Below, piece by piece: positions 38,389-48,418 of a stretch of DNA of 64,000 bases. The stretch comes from an uncultured Phycisphaerales bacterium. Its GTDB lineage: Bacteria; Planctomycetota; Phycisphaerae; WQYP01. The first letter of the stretch is position 1. Each line of letters opens with the position of its first letter. The position numbers were made by a program, and so were the translations under genes. Location of the stretch: positions 2,347-66,346 of the forward strand of contig CAIMWO010000033.1 in NCBI GenBank assembly GCA_903845195.1. Reading direction: 5' to 3'. The notes beneath the pieces were generated by a model. That model was not told the DNA's origin. It did no database searches and saw only the letters and a list, made by a program, of their open reading frames with translations.

Positions 38389-41160
38389 ATGAAGCGGATT
38401 GCCTGGCGGGGGCTTGGCCTCTCCATTCTGGGCCTATTCATGGGTTTGCTGGCCGCATGCCCCTCTTCGGAAGATGTTCGCCCCACTTCAAATACTACGA
38501 ATTTGGCCCCGATGAGCGTCGATTGGCCGCTGTTTGCCACCCGCCGATCGTCAAACTATCTGCGGTTGGACCTTCCCAGCGTTGTCGTGGGTACAAAGAT
38601 CGATGTAGGTGTCATGGACGGGGTGGCGGTTCAGATTTCATCCCTGCGCGTCTACCGCAGCACCATGGTCAGTCCCCGGGCTGAGCAGATGACCGGCGAT
38701 CCGCGGATCACCATCGACGCCGGAAGTTATCTCGTGCCGCTGCCCTTGGAGCAGGCTGAAGATCACCGCGTCTTCGAAGTCAAAGATCCGATGCCGCTCT
38801 ACATGAAGGTCGACGTGGCGGCGACGGCAGCGCCCGGTGACTACCGGTTGCCCGTGATCATCAAGGCACCCGGACGTGAGCCCATCACCTGCGCCGTACT
38901 GCTGACGGTCTCCGAGATTGTATTGCCGACCGAGCAGCGCGTCCTTGCTGCCGCGACCACGACCATCGACGAACTGTCACGGCTGTTCCCCGCAACCTTC
39001 GGAAGTTTCAACGCGGGATATCTGGATCGTGCAGAGCCTGAGCATGCCGCGGCCGTGGCCCAGCTCGACACAATGGTCAAAGCTGGCCAGCGCGAAGGGC
39101 TGGCGTTGTTCGTGGAGGATCTTTGCCCGGCGGTGAAAGTAGACGATGTGGGGCGGGTGAATATCGATTGGGATGCGTACGATCGTGTGATGTCGCCGTA
39201 CATGGACGGAACGGCATTTGCCGATCGCGTGCCGTTGCAGGTGTGGCTGGCGCCGGTGCCGCCGCGGCGGATTCGCGACTCCGCGGTGCAACTGCGTCAG
39301 TACCTGGCCACCTGCGCCGAGCACTTTGCCGCCAAGGGATGGGTGGCGACTCCCGCCTTTATGCATCCTGCATTGGTCGAGGCCATGGGCGATGCGGCAG
39401 AGTCGCCCGAGAAAGCGGAATTGCGCACACAGATCAGCAAAATTCTGCAGATGCACATGTCACGCGACGTGCTGGCGGTGACCACTCCCGACGGGCAGGT
39501 GCCGCACCCGCGGATGTGGGTGGTGGATGATACCGATCCGCGGCTGCCTCCGGCGGGTGCGCTGGCGACGGAACAGAGCGTTCGCGTCTGGCCGTGGGTG
39601 TGTGCGGCGCGCGGTGTGAAAGGATTCGTCTGGCGCGGCGCGGTCGAACATGCGGATGAAGTCGCCAAAGGACAGGAGAATGTCCTCTCGCCGGGCGCCG
39701 GCCGGCGGCCGCTGCTGGTGGCGCAGGCACACCAGTCGAAAGATAAGAAAGGGGCTGCGACAGGCGAACAGGTCGAGGTATTGCCAACGCTGCGGATGGC
39801 GTGGCTGAATGCGGGAATTAATGACACGGCCATGCTGGGTTTGCTGGAGAAACGCAGCGATCCGAGCCTCGTCAGCGAAGTCCTGGCCGGTGTGGTAGGC
39901 CGCACCGGCGTCACGCTTTCGCTCGCGGGCGCGGAAATTCCGACCGCGCCCGCAGGTTATCTGTATGCCGGCTGGCCCGGCGAATTGAAAACCTGGCAGG
40001 CCTTGCCCTTGCTGATGGAAAGGCTGGTGCTGGCGAACGATCCGGGGCACCAGGTGAAAGTGTCCGCGGATGATCCGATATATCTTCAGGCCAAGGTCTG
40101 GCTGGGCGATGCGCATCGTCCCGCGGCGCGCGTGGGCGGATATCGCTTTATGCTCCAGCAGGGCCGCGAGGGAGCGGTGGTCGAATCGCTGATGGATCTG
40201 CTGGTGGAGAACCCGGTGGATTCGCCGACTGAAATGGAATTCAAATTTCCTAATCTGCCGGGTGATTTCGACATTGCCGGCGCCACCGATATCGGCGGCG
40301 GAAAACTGGAACGCACGATCGAAGGCTACGGCCTGGCACGCGTCGGCGTGAAAATGGCAGCCCACCTGGAATCGATCCGTGAATGCCCCGCGCTCACCGA
40401 TGCTCTGGTCCGCGAGCGGACCGGCAGCGCCATGGTGCATCTGCCTCTGACGGTTCCGATCTACAGAATGAAGAGCTTTCAGATGTCCCCCCGTGTGGAC
40501 GGCCGGGGCGATGACTGGCCGCAGGACGCCGCAGGCGCAGCGTTTGGCCCGATGCCGGTCGGCCTGCGGTATCTGAGCCGGGTGGATGTGCTGAAAGGCG
40601 CCGTTCGCCAGGAGCAGACGCCCGCGATCGCACGCTGGACCTATGATAATGATTTTCTATACGCGCTCATCCGTTGCGATCAGAATGGCATGTCAGATGA
40701 AAAAAATAACGAGTGGCCCTCGCAGGATGGACGCTGGTGGGGGACCGATGGCGTTCAAGTGCAAGTCTGCGGCGGCGGTGTGCTCACGGGCAAAAAAGTG
40801 TTCGTCGTCGGCATCAAACCCAGCGGAGTGGTGCTGACCCGAGTCGGCAAAGTGGAATCGGGCATGAATACCGCATCGATCAAATGGGCCGAGGGCCCGG
40901 CGAACGTCAAATTTGGAATCACCACGGATAAGACCGGCTACTTGGTGGAACTGGCGATTCCACGTAAATGGTTTTCCGAACCGAACCCGCCGGCCACTGC
41001 CACGGGAGGTGGGCGTTCCGATGGCGCCGTCGGCGGAGCCGCCCTGTGGCGCATCAACATCCTGCGGCATCGCGCCAGCGATCTGGAAAGCGCAAGCTGG
41101 AGCGGTCCCGTAGTCGACGACACGGACATCGGAATGATGGGCCTGCTCGTAGGGGAGTGA
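38389..41160 (+). CDS. large lipoprotein (about 924 aa) with C-terminal CBM9/DOMON-like carbohydrate-binding-type domain; N-terminal two-thirds unassigned
   Basis: MKRIAWRGLGLSILGLFMGLLAAC lipobox. C-terminus WTYDNDFLYALIRCDQ...WWGTDGVQVQVCGGG...VFVVGIKPSG...YLVELAIPRKWF resembles CBM9-like folds. Confidence 0.5.
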   Translation: MKRIAWRGLGLSILGLFMGLLAACPSSEDVRPTSNTTNLAPMSVDWPLFATRRSSNYLRLDLPSVVVGTKIDVGVMDGVAVQISSLRVYRSTMVSPRAEQMTGDPRITIDAGSYLVPLPLEQAEDHRVFEVKDPMPLYMKVDVAATAAPGDYRLPVIIKAPGREPITCAVLLTVSEIVLPTEQRVLAAATTTIDELSRLFPATFGSFNAGYLDRAEPEHAAAVAQLDTMVKAGQREGLALFVEDLCPAVKVDDVGRVNIDWDAYDRVMSPYMDGTAFADRVPLQVWLAPVPPRRIRDSAVQLRQYLATCAEHFAAKGWVATPAFMHPALVEAMGDAAESPEKAELRTQISKILQMHMSRDVLAVTTPDGQVPHPRMWVVDDTDPRLPPAGALATEQSVRVWPWVCAARGVKGFVWRGAVEHADEVAKGQENVLSPGAGRRPLLVAQAHQSKDKKGAATGEQVEVLPTLRMAWLNAGINDTAMLGLLEKRSDPSLVSEVLAGVVGRTGVTLSLAGAEIPTAPAGYLYAGWPGELKTWQALPLLMERLVLANDPGHQVKVSADDPIYLQAKVWLGDAHRPAARVGGYRFMLQQGREGAVVESLMDLLVENPVDSPTEMEFKFPNLPGDFDIAGATDIGGGKLERTIEGYGLARVGVKMAAHLESIRECPALTDALVRERTGSAMVHLPLTVPIYRMKSFQMSPRVDGRGDDWPQDAAGAAFGPMPVGLRYLSRVDVLKGAVRQEQTPAIARWTYDNDFLYALIRCDQNGMSDEKNNEWPSQDGRWWGTDGVQVQVCGGGVLTGKKVFVVGIKPSGVVLTRVGKVESGMNTASIKWAEGPANVKFGITTDKTGYLVELAIPRKWFSEPNPPATATGGGRSDGAVGGAALWRINILRHRASDLESASWSGPVVDDTDIGMMGLLVGE

Positions 41161-41172
41161 GGGTCGCCACCC

Positions 41173-41799
41173 ATGAGCCCAATAAGTGCCAGAGCGTTTG
41201 CATCGCTGATGCCAGTCATTCTGGCAATATTCGTGGGGGCAGTTACGACGATTGTGACGGGTTGGGCATGTGCGGCGTGGGCACCGGTCGGCTGGAGTCT
41301 GGACGCAAGAGATGATTTGGAACACGCGTCAGAGGTCATCGATCCAGACGGAAACCGGGTTCTGTGCTATCAGGAGGGTGGGATTGGTTGGGGTTACTTG
41401 ATGATCTGTTGCGAACGAGTGTGGGTTGGGGGAAAAGCAGAGTTGCTTCTCGATGACAATCCGTTTGCCACAAAATTTCACTACATTGTTGGATTTCCAT
41501 TCCGCGCGATGCGATCGCGAGTGGAGGTGCAGCCCCTCACTTCAATGTCCATTCCGCAGAGATGGGAACTGCCGTGGCATGAAATTCTACGACGCGGCCT
41601 GGCGACAAGGGATTTGCCGATGTGGATGCATACCAAAAAAGACCGGCGGTTACCCCTCATTCCGATGCCATGGGGTTTTGTCGCAGACACGTTGATTTAC
41701 GGGTTGGTGTACTGGATGGTTGCGAGGTGGTGCGGGCAGGCATGGCGGAAATGGAAACGCGTGCCGCGGGGATTCCCGGTAGAACTGACGAAGGGATGA
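41173..41799 (+). CDS. hypothetical membrane protein
   Basis: N-terminal TM FASLMPVILAIFVGAVTTIVTGWACAAWAPV and C-terminal ADTLIYGLVYWMVARW. No domain recognised. Confidence 0.35.
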   Translation: MSPISARAFASLMPVILAIFVGAVTTIVTGWACAAWAPVGWSLDARDDLEHASEVIDPDGNRVLCYQEGGIGWGYLMICCERVWVGGKAELLLDDNPFATKFHYIVGFPFRAMRSRVEVQPLTSMSIPQRWELPWHEILRRGLATRDLPMWMHTKKDRRLPLIPMPWGFVADTLIYGLVYWMVARWCGQAWRKWKRVPRGFPVELTKG

Positions 41800-41962
41800 G
41801 GGGGAGTTCAGACTTTCAGCCGACTAGTTGTTGGGTTATTCAAGTTGAATCGATAGTTGTGAGATCAGGTTTTTGGGGTGGCGGGAGGCGGAGCGGACCG
41901 CGCGCAGTCCTGCAATTCGGTGAACTACCGGCGACTGCGTAGAATGAAGGGTAGAGGATTAT

Positions 41963-43063
41963 GTGATGTCGATGCAGTTGGCACGCGAACTGGTGATGCG
42001 GCATGGGTGGAATTCGACCGTCTACCAGATTCTGAACCCCGGATTCGAACACTGGTGGCCGGTAGGGGGGCAAGGCGTAGTGGGGTTTGTGCGGCCGAAG
42101 AACGCGTTGGGCGGGGCGTGGGTGGCGGCAGGGGCACCGGTATGTGAGCGGCGATTGCTGACGGGAATGGTGCGTGAGTTTGAGGATGCGGCGGCGGAGG
42201 AATCGCGGCGCGTCTGCTATTTCTGCGCGGGGTCGCGGATGCTAGAAGTGGTCGAGGACGGCTCCAGGCACGCGGTGGTGGGGATCGGCGCCCAGCCGGT
42301 GTGGGACCCGCGCGAATGGCCGGAGATTGTCCAGACGAAATCCGGCGTAAGGGCGCAATTGAATCGGGCGCGAAACAAGGGCGTACGCGTAAGCCGGTGG
42401 TCGCCGAAGATCGCTCGCGAAGATGTGGATGTGCGCCGGTGCCTGAAGTCGTGGATCGATTCGCGGCCGATGCCGGCCCTGCGCTTCATGGTGGATCCGC
42501 ACGTCTTGGAGGGGGTGCTCGAAGATCGCGTGGTGCTGGTGGCACAGCGCCAATCTGAGGGGGCGGAACACGAACCAGAGGTCGTCGGGTTTCTGGTGGC
42601 CTCTCCCGTGCCGCAGCGAAACGGGTACCTGGTGGAACAGATCGTTCGAGCGCCTTGGGCGCCGAACGGAACCGCCGAGTTGCTGATTGATGCGGCGATG
42701 CGGGAGCTCGCAGACCGCGGCAGCACCTACGTGACGCTCGGGCTGGTGGCCCTGGCGGAACGTGCCCGCGAATTGATCGCGGAGAATCCGCTGTGGTTGC
42801 GCGTGTTGATGGGCTGGGCGCGGGCACATGGCCGGCGGTTCTATCATTTCGACGGCTTGGAGGCGTTTCGCGCAAAGCTGCAACCCATGATGTGGGAGCC
42901 TGTGTATGCGATCGCCAACGAGCCACGATTCTCGATGCGGACCCTCTATGCCGTCGCCCAGGCATTTTGCGTGGGCTCGCCGTTGAACACGCTGGGCGTG
43001 GCATTGGGCCGGGCAATTCGGCAAGAGGGTGCTTGGGCGCGCGATCTGATGAAGCGCAGGTAA
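41963..43063 (+). CDS. DUF2156 / MprF C-terminal (aminoacyl-phosphatidylglycerol synthase-like) domain protein, stand-alone
   Basis: 366 aa soluble protein; overall resemblance to the lysyl-PG synthase C-terminal acyltransferase fold (..YVTLGLVALAERARE..WLRVLMGWARAHGRRFYHFDGLEAFRAKLQP..WEPVY). Confidence 0.45.
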   Translation: MMSMQLARELVMRHGWNSTVYQILNPGFEHWWPVGGQGVVGFVRPKNALGGAWVAAGAPVCERRLLTGMVREFEDAAAEESRRVCYFCAGSRMLEVVEDGSRHAVVGIGAQPVWDPREWPEIVQTKSGVRAQLNRARNKGVRVSRWSPKIAREDVDVRRCLKSWIDSRPMPALRFMVDPHVLEGVLEDRVVLVAQRQSEGAEHEPEVVGFLVASPVPQRNGYLVEQIVRAPWAPNGTAELLIDAAMRELADRGSTYVTLGLVALAERARELIAENPLWLRVLMGWARAHGRRFYHFDGLEAFRAKLQPMMWEPVYAIANEPRFSMRTLYAVAQAFCVGSPLNTLGVALGRAIRQEGAWARDLMKRR

Positions 43064-43080
43064 CTTCGTAAGGGCGGCGG

Positions 43081-43104
43081 GATTCAAGATTCGGAATTCG
43101 GAAT
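43081..43104. repeat. (GATTCRR/AATTCGG) heptamer tandem repeat, ~3 copies, intergenic
   Basis: gattcaa gattcgg aattcgg aat read directly. Same GAATTC-core heptamer family. An inverted partner cttgaatcg lies ~70 bp downstream (43157-43165). Confidence 0.5.
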
Positions 43105-43224
43105 GGGATAAACAAATGGGGGATTTCGGCGGAACGCGCCTCTAGTATTCCCTTGAATCGAATAAGAACAAGAACAGGCATCCTGATGCATGGACGGCGT
43201 TGTGATAGAGCGAAGGAGAATGTT

Positions 43225-43704
43225 ATGGCTGGCTTTCGATTCGAGCGCAAGAATGCCGGGAAACGGTGGAATGGATCGGCCTTTCTGTTCCTGATTCTCG
43301 GCATTTTGGCGGGCAACCTTGCCGGATGTGCGGCCGCATCAGTTGCAGGGGATGCCAGCGGCGAAGTCTTGGGCAAGTCCGAAGAGCTGATTCGTCGTGG
43401 AAAGGTCGAGACCGATCAACCGGTACCGATTGCCGATGCCATCGAAATTGTCCAGAGGGCTGCAGACGAATTAAAACTCAATTCCGCCGGTCACGAAAAA
43501 CATCCCGATCAGGTGAAGCTGATTTACCGCGACGATCGCAAACAAATGGTTGTCGTGACCATCGTTCGGCGAACCGAAGTGCTGACCGAGATTCATACGG
43601 ATGTGGGCTTCCTCGGCCCGGAGAGCCTGGGGCGAGCGGTGATGCGGCAAATTCTGGACGATCTTCCGCCGGAAAGGCCACATGATGCAAAATCCCTGAA
43701 CTGA
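43225..43704 (+). CDS. small lipoprotein, hypothetical
   Basis: AAGGAGA SD, MAGFRFERKNAGKRWNGSAFLFLILGILAGNLAGC lipobox. Confidence 0.45.
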   Translation: MAGFRFERKNAGKRWNGSAFLFLILGILAGNLAGCAAASVAGDASGEVLGKSEELIRRGKVETDQPVPIADAIEIVQRAADELKLNSAGHEKHPDQVKLIYRDDRKQMVVVTIVRRTEVLTEIHTDVGFLGPESLGRAVMRQILDDLPPERPHDAKSLN

Positions 43705-43784
43705 ACGGTTTGGCCAGGGTTTCGCGAAGTTTTCCGCACGCTGCAGGAAAAGAATTGCACTGGAACGGCGAATACGGAGAGAAT

Positions 43785-44540
43785 ATGGCGTATTCTCAGT
43801 GGAAAGGGAGTTCTATGCGTTACGGGGCAGCAGCGGTTGTGGTGGCGGGGATGATGATGTGTCTGATCGGGGTCGCCGCCGGGCAGTTGGTGATTCCGGA
43901 TGAACCCAAGCCGGTAGAGGCTTCGCAAGCCGTTCAAAAACCGGTACGCGAAATGATGGCCGGATACCAGGCCGCCGTGACCGCGGGGGACATTGAAAAG
44001 GCAATGAGCTTCTGCGCCAGCAAAAATGAGCGGCAAACGAAGGTCGTGAAGATATCGATTGCTGTCGACATGGCCATTGTAAAGCTGCACGAGCGCGTCG
44101 AGAAAAAGCTGGGCAAAGATGCGTGGGGCACTCTCGGCGAGCGTCTGGCGGAAGTGTCCGAAGCCTCCGACAAGGCCGCCAGGATCACGGAATTGGATGG
44201 GGATGATCTTGTGCAGGTGCAGTGGTATGCGGATTCCCAGATTCCCGAAGAGAAACGCTTCGCAGCCCAGTGCCCCATTCGCAAGACCAAGGACGGATGG
44301 CGGTTCGATATTTTCGTCAACGGCGATGACATTGCGGAAATGCGGCGCGGGTACCGCGATGTGCTGGCGGAAGTCACCGAAATACAAGCCGATGTTGAGG
44401 CGGGCCGGATCACCAGTGCCGACGAACTCACGAAACGCGTCGAAATGCTGGTCAAGGATGCACGGGGTGGCGGGGCCGAGGAAGAGACCACCCAACCCGA
44501 CTCGCAGCCGGCGGCAACCGCGCCAGTGGAGGGGATGTAA
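43785..44540 (+). CDS. secreted hypothetical protein
   Basis: GGAGAGA SD. Signal-like MRYGAAAVVVAGMMMCLIGVAAGQ. Acidic C-terminus. Alternative start at 43815. Confidence 0.4.
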   Translation: MAYSQWKGSSMRYGAAAVVVAGMMMCLIGVAAGQLVIPDEPKPVEASQAVQKPVREMMAGYQAAVTAGDIEKAMSFCASKNERQTKVVKISIAVDMAIVKLHERVEKKLGKDAWGTLGERLAEVSEASDKAARITELDGDDLVQVQWYADSQIPEEKRFAAQCPIRKTKDGWRFDIFVNGDDIAEMRRGYRDVLAEVTEIQADVEAGRITSADELTKRVEMLVKDARGGGAEEETTQPDSQPAATAPVEGM

Positions 44541-44565
44541 CGAATCTTCCGCTCCTGATCGCTGA

Positions 44566-45972
44566 TCAGATGTTGCGCAGTTTATTCGATCCGTTAAACG
44601 CCGCGACCTTGTACGTCTCGGCCAGCGTTGGGTAGTTGAAAACATTATTGATGAAGAAGTCGACAGTGCCGTTGAAGGCCATGACCGCCTGGCCGATGTG
44701 CACCAGTTCGGTCGCCTGCGTGCCGATGATGTGCACGCCAAGGATCTGCCGGCTCTCCTGGTGGATCAGCAGTTTGAGCATGCCGACGGTATCGCCGAGG
44801 ATCTGGCCACGGGCGACTTCCTTGTAGTGGGCGATGCCGGCCTCATAGGGAATGCCGGCGTCCGTGAGTTGTTTTTCCGTTTTTCCAACCATCGAGATTT
44901 CAGGAATCGCGTAGATGCCGTAGGGGAATAGCTCAGGAATGGAAGTGGTTTCAACGCCGAAGGCATGGCAGACGGCCAGGCGTCCCTGCTCCATTGAGGT
45001 GGACGCGAGTGCGGGAAAACCAATGACGTCACCGGCGGCGTAGATATGGGCCACATCCGTCTGATAGCTCTTGTTGACCTTCAGACGCTCGCGATCGTCG
45101 GGGACCAGCCCGACGTTTTCCAGTTGCAGAGACTTGGTGGTGCCCTGTCTGCCCACAGCATAGAGCAGGCACTGCGCGGTCAGGCATTTACCGGATTCGA
45201 GATGCGCCTGAACGAGCTTTGAGCCGTGGTTGCTGGGAGCGTCGATTTCTTCGATCTTCGAGACTTTCTCGCCGAAGCGCAGCGTGATGCCGACCTGGCG
45301 CATTTGATACTGCAACGCCTCGACGATTTCGCGGTCGAGGAATTCGAAGAGTTCAGTCTTGCCTTCGACGAGCGTCACGCGCACACCGAGCGTGCCCAGC
45401 ATGCACGCATATTCGACGCCGATGACGCCGCCCCCGACGACGATGATCGATTTGGGCAGGTGCGCCAGTCTGAGCAAGCCGTCGGACGTGAAAATGTTGT
45501 GATCGTTGAACGGCACCGACGATGGCGTCGCCGGACGCGTACCCGTGCAGATGATGAATTTGTCGGCCGTGATCATCTCGGTATGTTCGGGCATTTCCAG
45601 CTGCAGGAGATTCGGCCCTTCGAAATGGGCATTGCCCCACAGCAGATCGATGCCGTTGCGGTCGAAATGTTCGCGGATGACACCGCGCTCGTTGTGGATG
45701 ACATGCTGCGACACGTAGATGAGGTCTTCGATCGTGATATCGCGTTTGGGTCGGAAGTTGTCCCCGTACAGGGCGCGCTTGTTGGAGCCCGTCAGGTACA
45801 GCACGGCTTCGCGGAGCGACTTGGAGGGAATGGTCCCGGTATTGATCCCGGCGCCGCCCAGAACCGGATCTTTTTCAATGATGCAGACTTTCTTCTCGAG
45901 CTTGGCAGCCTGGATGGCGGCTTTCTGCCCGGCGGGCCCGGACCCGATCACAGCAATATCGTAATGTTTCAT
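44566..45972 (-). CDS. sthA: soluble pyridine nucleotide transhydrogenase / FAD-dependent pyridine nucleotide-disulfide oxidoreductase
   Basis: MKHYDIAVIGSGPAGQKAAIQAAKL, GGAGINTGTIPSK, second Rossmann IIVVGGGVIGVEYACMLGTLG, dimerisation domain at the C-terminus. No redox-active CxxxxC, consistent with SthA rather than Lpd. Confidence 0.75.
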   Translation of the reverse strand: MKHYDIAVIGSGPAGQKAAIQAAKLEKKVCIIEKDPVLGGAGINTGTIPSKSLREAVLYLTGSNKRALYGDNFRPKRDITIEDLIYVSQHVIHNERGVIREHFDRNGIDLLWGNAHFEGPNLLQLEMPEHTEMITADKFIICTGTRPATPSSVPFNDHNIFTSDGLLRLAHLPKSIIVVGGGVIGVEYACMLGTLGVRVTLVEGKTELFEFLDREIVEALQYQMRQVGITLRFGEKVSKIEEIDAPSNHGSKLVQAHLESGKCLTAQCLLYAVGRQGTTKSLQLENVGLVPDDRERLKVNKSYQTDVAHIYAAGDVIGFPALASTSMEQGRLAVCHAFGVETTSIPELFPYGIYAIPEISMVGKTEKQLTDAGIPYEAGIAHYKEVARGQILGDTVGMLKLLIHQESRQILGVHIIGTQATELVHIGQAVMAFNGTVDFFINNVFNYPTLAETYKVAAFNGSNKLRNI

Positions 45973-46146
45973 TGTCCCTTCCACTTTCACCGTTCCTTCC
46001 CGCGAGATACTTATCGGCCAAGCCGCCGCGGGAGTCAATGGAGAGTTTGCTTCAGAACGCTTTGTTTTTCGTTATTTCGTCACGGAAAATTCGGAGCGGT
46101 TACTCCGGTGTTGTGCCGGGTGGGGGTTCATCGGTAGACTGCACGC

Positions 46147-47028
46147 ATGTCGTTGGAAATTTGCGTTTTGGGTAGCGGGAGCGGCGGGAATTCGACGGTC
46201 GTCAGATCGCCGTGGGGTTGCGTACTCGTCGATGCGGGCTTTGGTCCGCGGGCCACCGCCCAGCGGCTGCACGGAACAGGTGTGGACGTCGAACACCTCG
46301 CGGCCATCGTGCTAACGCACCTCGACACCGATCATTTCAAAACGCACTGGCTGCGAACCATCGTGAAGCAAAAGATCCGTCTGTTCTGCCACCGCAAAAA
46401 GGTGAAGCAGATTGTGGGCAGTCCCGAGGCGCGGGATATGTTCCTGCGCGTAAAGGGTTCGGAATCACTGATCGAGTTGGTGAACGGATTTGACGAGGCG
46501 GCCGGTTTCGAACCGGTGAAGGGCGTTCGGATGGAGCCGTTGCCCTTGGCGCACGATGAAGCGGGGTCGCACGGTTTCGTTATCTCATGCGATGGATACC
46601 GGGTCGGATATGCGACAGACCTCGGCCATGTTCCGGAGGAACTGATTGAGCGCTTCTGCGGCGCCGATGCGGTGCTGCTCGAGGCGAATTACGATCCAGA
46701 AATGGAACAGAACAGTCCCCGGCCCTATTTTCTTAAGCAGCGGATCATGGGTGGCAAGGGGCATCTCAGCAACGGCCAGGCGCTGTCCGCCCTCCAGTCG
46801 ATTCTGGATCGAACGCACCAACGGCAGGGTGCGGAAAAACTTCCCCGGCACATCGTACTGATGCATCGCAGTCGCCAGTGCAACTGCCCGAAACTGGTCG
46901 AGGGATTCTTCAAACAGGATGAACGCATTGCCCGCGTGCTGACGCTGGCCCATCAGGCACAGCGCACGCCCTGGCTGAGCGTACGACGACAGAAGAACGT
47001 CCAGACGCAGATGCGGCTGACGTTTTGA
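46147..47028 (+). CDS. MBL-fold metallo-hydrolase
   Basis: MSLEICVLGSGSGGNSTVVRSPWGCVLVDAGFG...IVLTHLDTDHFKTHW (HxHxDH motif). Confidence 0.7.
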   Translation: MSLEICVLGSGSGGNSTVVRSPWGCVLVDAGFGPRATAQRLHGTGVDVEHLAAIVLTHLDTDHFKTHWLRTIVKQKIRLFCHRKKVKQIVGSPEARDMFLRVKGSESLIELVNGFDEAAGFEPVKGVRMEPLPLAHDEAGSHGFVISCDGYRVGYATDLGHVPEELIERFCGADAVLLEANYDPEMEQNSPRPYFLKQRIMGGKGHLSNGQALSALQSILDRTHQRQGAEKLPRHIVLMHRSRQCNCPKLVEGFFKQDERIARVLTLAHQAQRTPWLSVRRQKNVQTQMRLTF

Positions 47029-47059
47029 AGCGGGGGGGATCTCGCCGCCAATCCGCAGA

Positions 47060-48265
47060 CTACTTTCTATTCACAACAGAGGCCGGCAAGATCGGCGCCA
47101 GGCTCTGTGCGACGGTAACAGTTCTTACTTTCCCGCCCATGAGCGTGAAGGCTGTGGTCAACTGTTTGCCATCGTGCGTGATCGCGACAATAAACGGAAG
47201 CTGCCCCTTGTTGTTGACGAGTTTGACCGAGTCAAACGTCGCCGGTTGCCGGAGCGCCGCCTTGAGTAATGACGGCGGGAGATAATCATCGTCAGCGCAT
47301 TTGAGCTGGCCAGTTTTGGCGGTATGGATGAAATCATCGAGGTTGTCGAAGGTCTGCTTCTGGGCGTTGGCACGGGCCAGAAAACTCGTGAGGGTCAGCA
47401 CGATCGCGCGGTCATACGAGACCCGCGTCGGATCCTTGGGAAGTTCGAGCCACCATTTTTCGAATCGCTTCTGGAAGGCCGCGTCGTCGTTGCCGAAGAC
47501 TTCCCTCCAGGCGTCGAGATACGGTTTCCCGTCGCTGATGAGATTCATCAGGCGGATGAACGGCTTCTGGTATTTGCCGTCCTCTCCGAAAGCCAGAAAG
47601 TGAATCATAGCCCAGGCCTGATCGTAGTTTTCGGCAAGCAGCTTGTGATTCCACGCTTGGTGCGAGAGGTTCATCATGGCCTTGATGGTTAGAAACTTAC
47701 TCTCGTTGATTTCAGTCTTGATGCGCCGCAGGCGGTCCGGAGGAATCACGCCGGAGACAAACGCATCGCCGGTGAAAACGGCCTCGCCGAAGTATTCCGC
47801 CAGCCCTTCGTTGATCCAGGGGGGAATCTCGCCACGGATGACGGCATGGGCGAACTGGTGGAAACCTTCATGCTGTACCACGTGCCAGGTCCAGATGTCG
47901 GGCTTTTCGCCCGCGATCGCCATGAGGCGCGGACCCTTGTCGTCGATCATGAAAACGCCTGCTGAACCCTCCATGCCGCCGGCAGCGTAATAATCGGTCT
48001 CGTTCTTGAAAAGGAAGAAAGGAAAGCGCGACTTGATCTCTCCGGAAAAGCCGGCGGTGCGCCGCTGATACTCTTCAAACATGCGCGTCATGCGGACCGC
48101 CGCTTCGCGCCCTAAGTCCTCGTCCAGGTCAGTATGGATAATGTAGTTGGGCGATAGCACCGTACGAAGGTGTGCCGGTCCCGCAGGCTCTTTCTTTTCT
48201 GCGCTGCTTTCTACGGCAAAAATGAGCGAAATGAGAAACAAGGCTGACACGAGGATGTATTTCAT
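47060..48265 (-). CDS. secreted DUF1570-like protein with HExxH zinc-metallopeptidase motif
   Basis: Signal MKYILVSALFLISLIFAVESSA. WHVVQHEGFHQFAH contains HEGFH. Family resemblance to the planctomycete DUF1570. Confidence 0.55.
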   Translation of the reverse strand: MKYILVSALFLISLIFAVESSAEKKEPAGPAHLRTVLSPNYIIHTDLDEDLGREAAVRMTRMFEEYQRRTAGFSGEIKSRFPFFLFKNETDYYAAGGMEGSAGVFMIDDKGPRLMAIAGEKPDIWTWHVVQHEGFHQFAHAVIRGEIPPWINEGLAEYFGEAVFTGDAFVSGVIPPDRLRRIKTEINESKFLTIKAMMNLSHQAWNHKLLAENYDQAWAMIHFLAFGEDGKYQKPFIRLMNLISDGKPYLDAWREVFGNDDAAFQKRFEKWWLELPKDPTRVSYDRAIVLTLTSFLARANAQKQTFDNLDDFIHTAKTGQLKCADDDYLPPSLLKAALRQPATFDSVKLVNNKGQLPFIVAITHDGKQLTTAFTLMGGKVRTVTVAQSLAPILPASVVNRK

Positions 48266-48418
48266 GCATTTCCGCCGGCGAGAGAAACTGCTTATCAGGA
48301 ACAGACGCATTCTAATTAGCGCCAGTGCCTTCCCGCAAGCATGTGGATTGTCACTCGCGGATTTGCCCCGGTCACAGGAGGAATATGCACAGCCGCGAAT
48401 AATCAATCTTTTGAATGG

